This document shows positions 59,311-64,000 of a stretch of DNA of 64,000 bases, piece after piece. A model generated the notes under the pieces. It saw only the letters and a program-made list of their open reading frames with translations, searched no databases and was not told where the DNA came from. Positions within the stretch are counted from its first letter, which is position 1, and the number at the start of each line of letters is the position of its first letter. The stretch is from Eledone cirrhosa (taxonomy: Eukaryota), in NCBI GenBank assembly GCA_964016885.1, contig OZ024740.1, positions 199,392,001 to 199,456,000 on the forward strand, in the 5' to 3' direction. The translations under genes and the position numbers were made by a program.

Positions 59311-60304
59311 CACAAGTATATAGAATCACTTTTTTAATATCTAATTCGGTTATAAATTTACTACAGTCACGCCAAGAGCATATGGGGAAAAAATTAAATC
59401 AGGCGTTTTGGAACATGAAAGTAACGTTTGCAAAGGCAGATTCATGTAATGTGTGGTAATGGGATTTTAAATGTTTGTCGTCGGCCATTTTATTGTATGA
59501 AATATAGTGGTTTAGGTAGTCAGTTTTGGAAGAATGAAAGTGTGAGTATTTGCAAATAGTCGGAAATAGTGTTGGTGAAGATGGTTGGTAAATACACCAG
59601 CAATTTTTTCTAATACTTCCTATTATTTAGTCGTTGTTGTTACTTTTGAATTTTTCTGCGACACAATCATCATAGGATTCCTCATCAACGTCGGTCATAT
59701 CATCATTATCATGATAATCTCCTTCGCCTTCATTACCACCATCAAGATTAACCTCAATAGTATATTGAACATCCTCATTGTGATGAAGCAGATTACCATC
59801 AACATCATCACTACCAGATTACTAAAATTATCAGTATCCTCGTGGCCATGAAAATTGTGGTCACCATTATCAAAATCATCGTCAGTATACTCATCAATAA
59901 TATCAAAACCACGTGCCTCACCGTCTTCATCATCATCATTATCATCCTAATAAACAGCAGCAATATTATCAACTGTATCTTTGTAAATAATAGTTGTCTA
60001 TAAATCATGATACAGTTTTTATTTGTGTGTATTACTTACACCTATCATACCATTATTTTCCTTAAGACGAACGGTGGTCTTTGATTTAAAAATTCACAGA
60101 GCCAGAATAGTTACAAAATTGTGGGAACTAATGTAATTTAACCAATCTATTGCCTTGGAGGTGTATTTATCGTCTCAGAAAATATTGAAAGTTTAGGTTG
60201 ATCACAGAGGAATGTGACAGTAGTGAGTAGGAATCCAGAACATATTCCACCTTAAGCGATTCTATCTGATGCAGGTCAAATGGTGAAATGATCATGTAGA
60301 AGCG

Positions 60305-60357
<53 letters not shown>

Positions 60358-60362
60358 AATCG

Positions 60363-62917
<2,555 letters not shown>

Positions 62918-63209
62918 AATTGTCATAATATATAAACACACATACGCACGGAATCACTACTATTAAAGACCAGAGACCAATTCTGTAGAATCAGGTTTAT
63001 TCATTGACAGACCATGCCTTTGTGTGACCAACACATCCATGTTAAACCCTGCACGTGCACACACATATATCTATATATATATGAGCACACCGAATTCACC
63101 ACTCTCGGTTGCGGGGCCCAATCTACATGAAGAACTCAATGTGATCAGAATGACTTGTATTTTAATTTCACTGTCCCAACTTCTTATATTATGGAAAAAA
63201 TATATGTGT

Positions 63210-63515
63210 CTGTATGTATATATATATATATATATATATTTGGAGGCCATTTCTCTGTGTGTGGATGTATGTATGTGTATATGTGTGTGTGTGTGTATGT
63301 GTGTGCATGTGGATGTATGTATTGTGTGTGCGTGTGTGTGTGTGTGTGTGTATGTATGTGTGTATCTGGATGTATGCGTATGTATATATATATATGCGTG
63401 TGTGTGTGTGTGTATATATATGTGTGTGTATGTGTGTATATATATGTGTGTGTGTGTGTATGTTTGTATGTGTGTATGTATATATATATGTGTGTGTGTG
63501 TGTATGTATGTGTGG

Positions 63516-63599
<84 letters not shown>

Positions 63600-63640
63600 A
63601 TGTATGTGTGTATCTGAATGTATGTGTATGTATATATATA

Positions 63641-63695
<55 letters not shown>

Positions 63696-63830
63696 ATGTG
63701 TATATATGTGTGTGTGTGTGTATGTGTGTATGTATGTGTATGTGTATGTATGTGTGTATATGTATATATATATATATATATGTATATGTATGTATGTGTG
63801 GATGAAGGTATGTGTGTGTATATATAGGTG
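63210..63830. repeat. Compound (TG)n/(TA)n microsatellite, one of dozens in the window
   Basis: Seen directly. This kind of tract is the source of the YI/CV/HT pseudo-ORFs. Confidence 0.95.
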
Positions 63831-64000
63831 TAAGTGCACTAAATCCCTTTCTATCACGCTCCACTTTCCTACCCACCACAGGAAGATATGTGTATGTATA
63901 TTGCTTCCACCCCCTCACTGACCAGCAGCTGGCCAGTTGGTGATTGCTAAATCTGACCTTTATAAAATAACCCACACCCCAAATAACTTCTCATTCACTA

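Overview
AT-rich animal genomic DNA dense in (TA)n, (CA)n and (GA)n microsatellites. I infer an octopod cephalopod host from the SINE content. No intact host gene is recognisable, and most listed ORFs are microsatellite artefacts. The real protein-coding remnants are all decayed retroelements: four Naiad-like Penelope-like element (PLE) fragments (GIY-YIG; YRDD RT in two of them; CxCx5Cx5C linker intact in one), one near-full Neptune-like PLE plus two small fragments, and one R4/Dong-like non-LTR 3' end in an (AAT)n tract. tRNA-derived SINEs and non-autonomous Helitrons are also present. The main unexplained structure is non-coding. Hand reading finds about 20 type I hammerhead ribozyme (HHR) folds from roughly ten sequence families, almost all on small elements inserted in (TA)n tracts. 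They occur in two architectures. The first is fold-back palindromes (about 0.1-3 kb) with a one-sided tail, whose inversion points often lie in HHR helices or at the cleavage site. The second is four unrelated non-coding units of about 500-540 bp with partial direct terminal redundancy, three of them carrying a clear HHR, which resemble retrozyme or circular-RNA integrations. Several families carry recurrent non-canonical catalytic cores. All folds were derived by eye, and coordinates may be off by a few bases.
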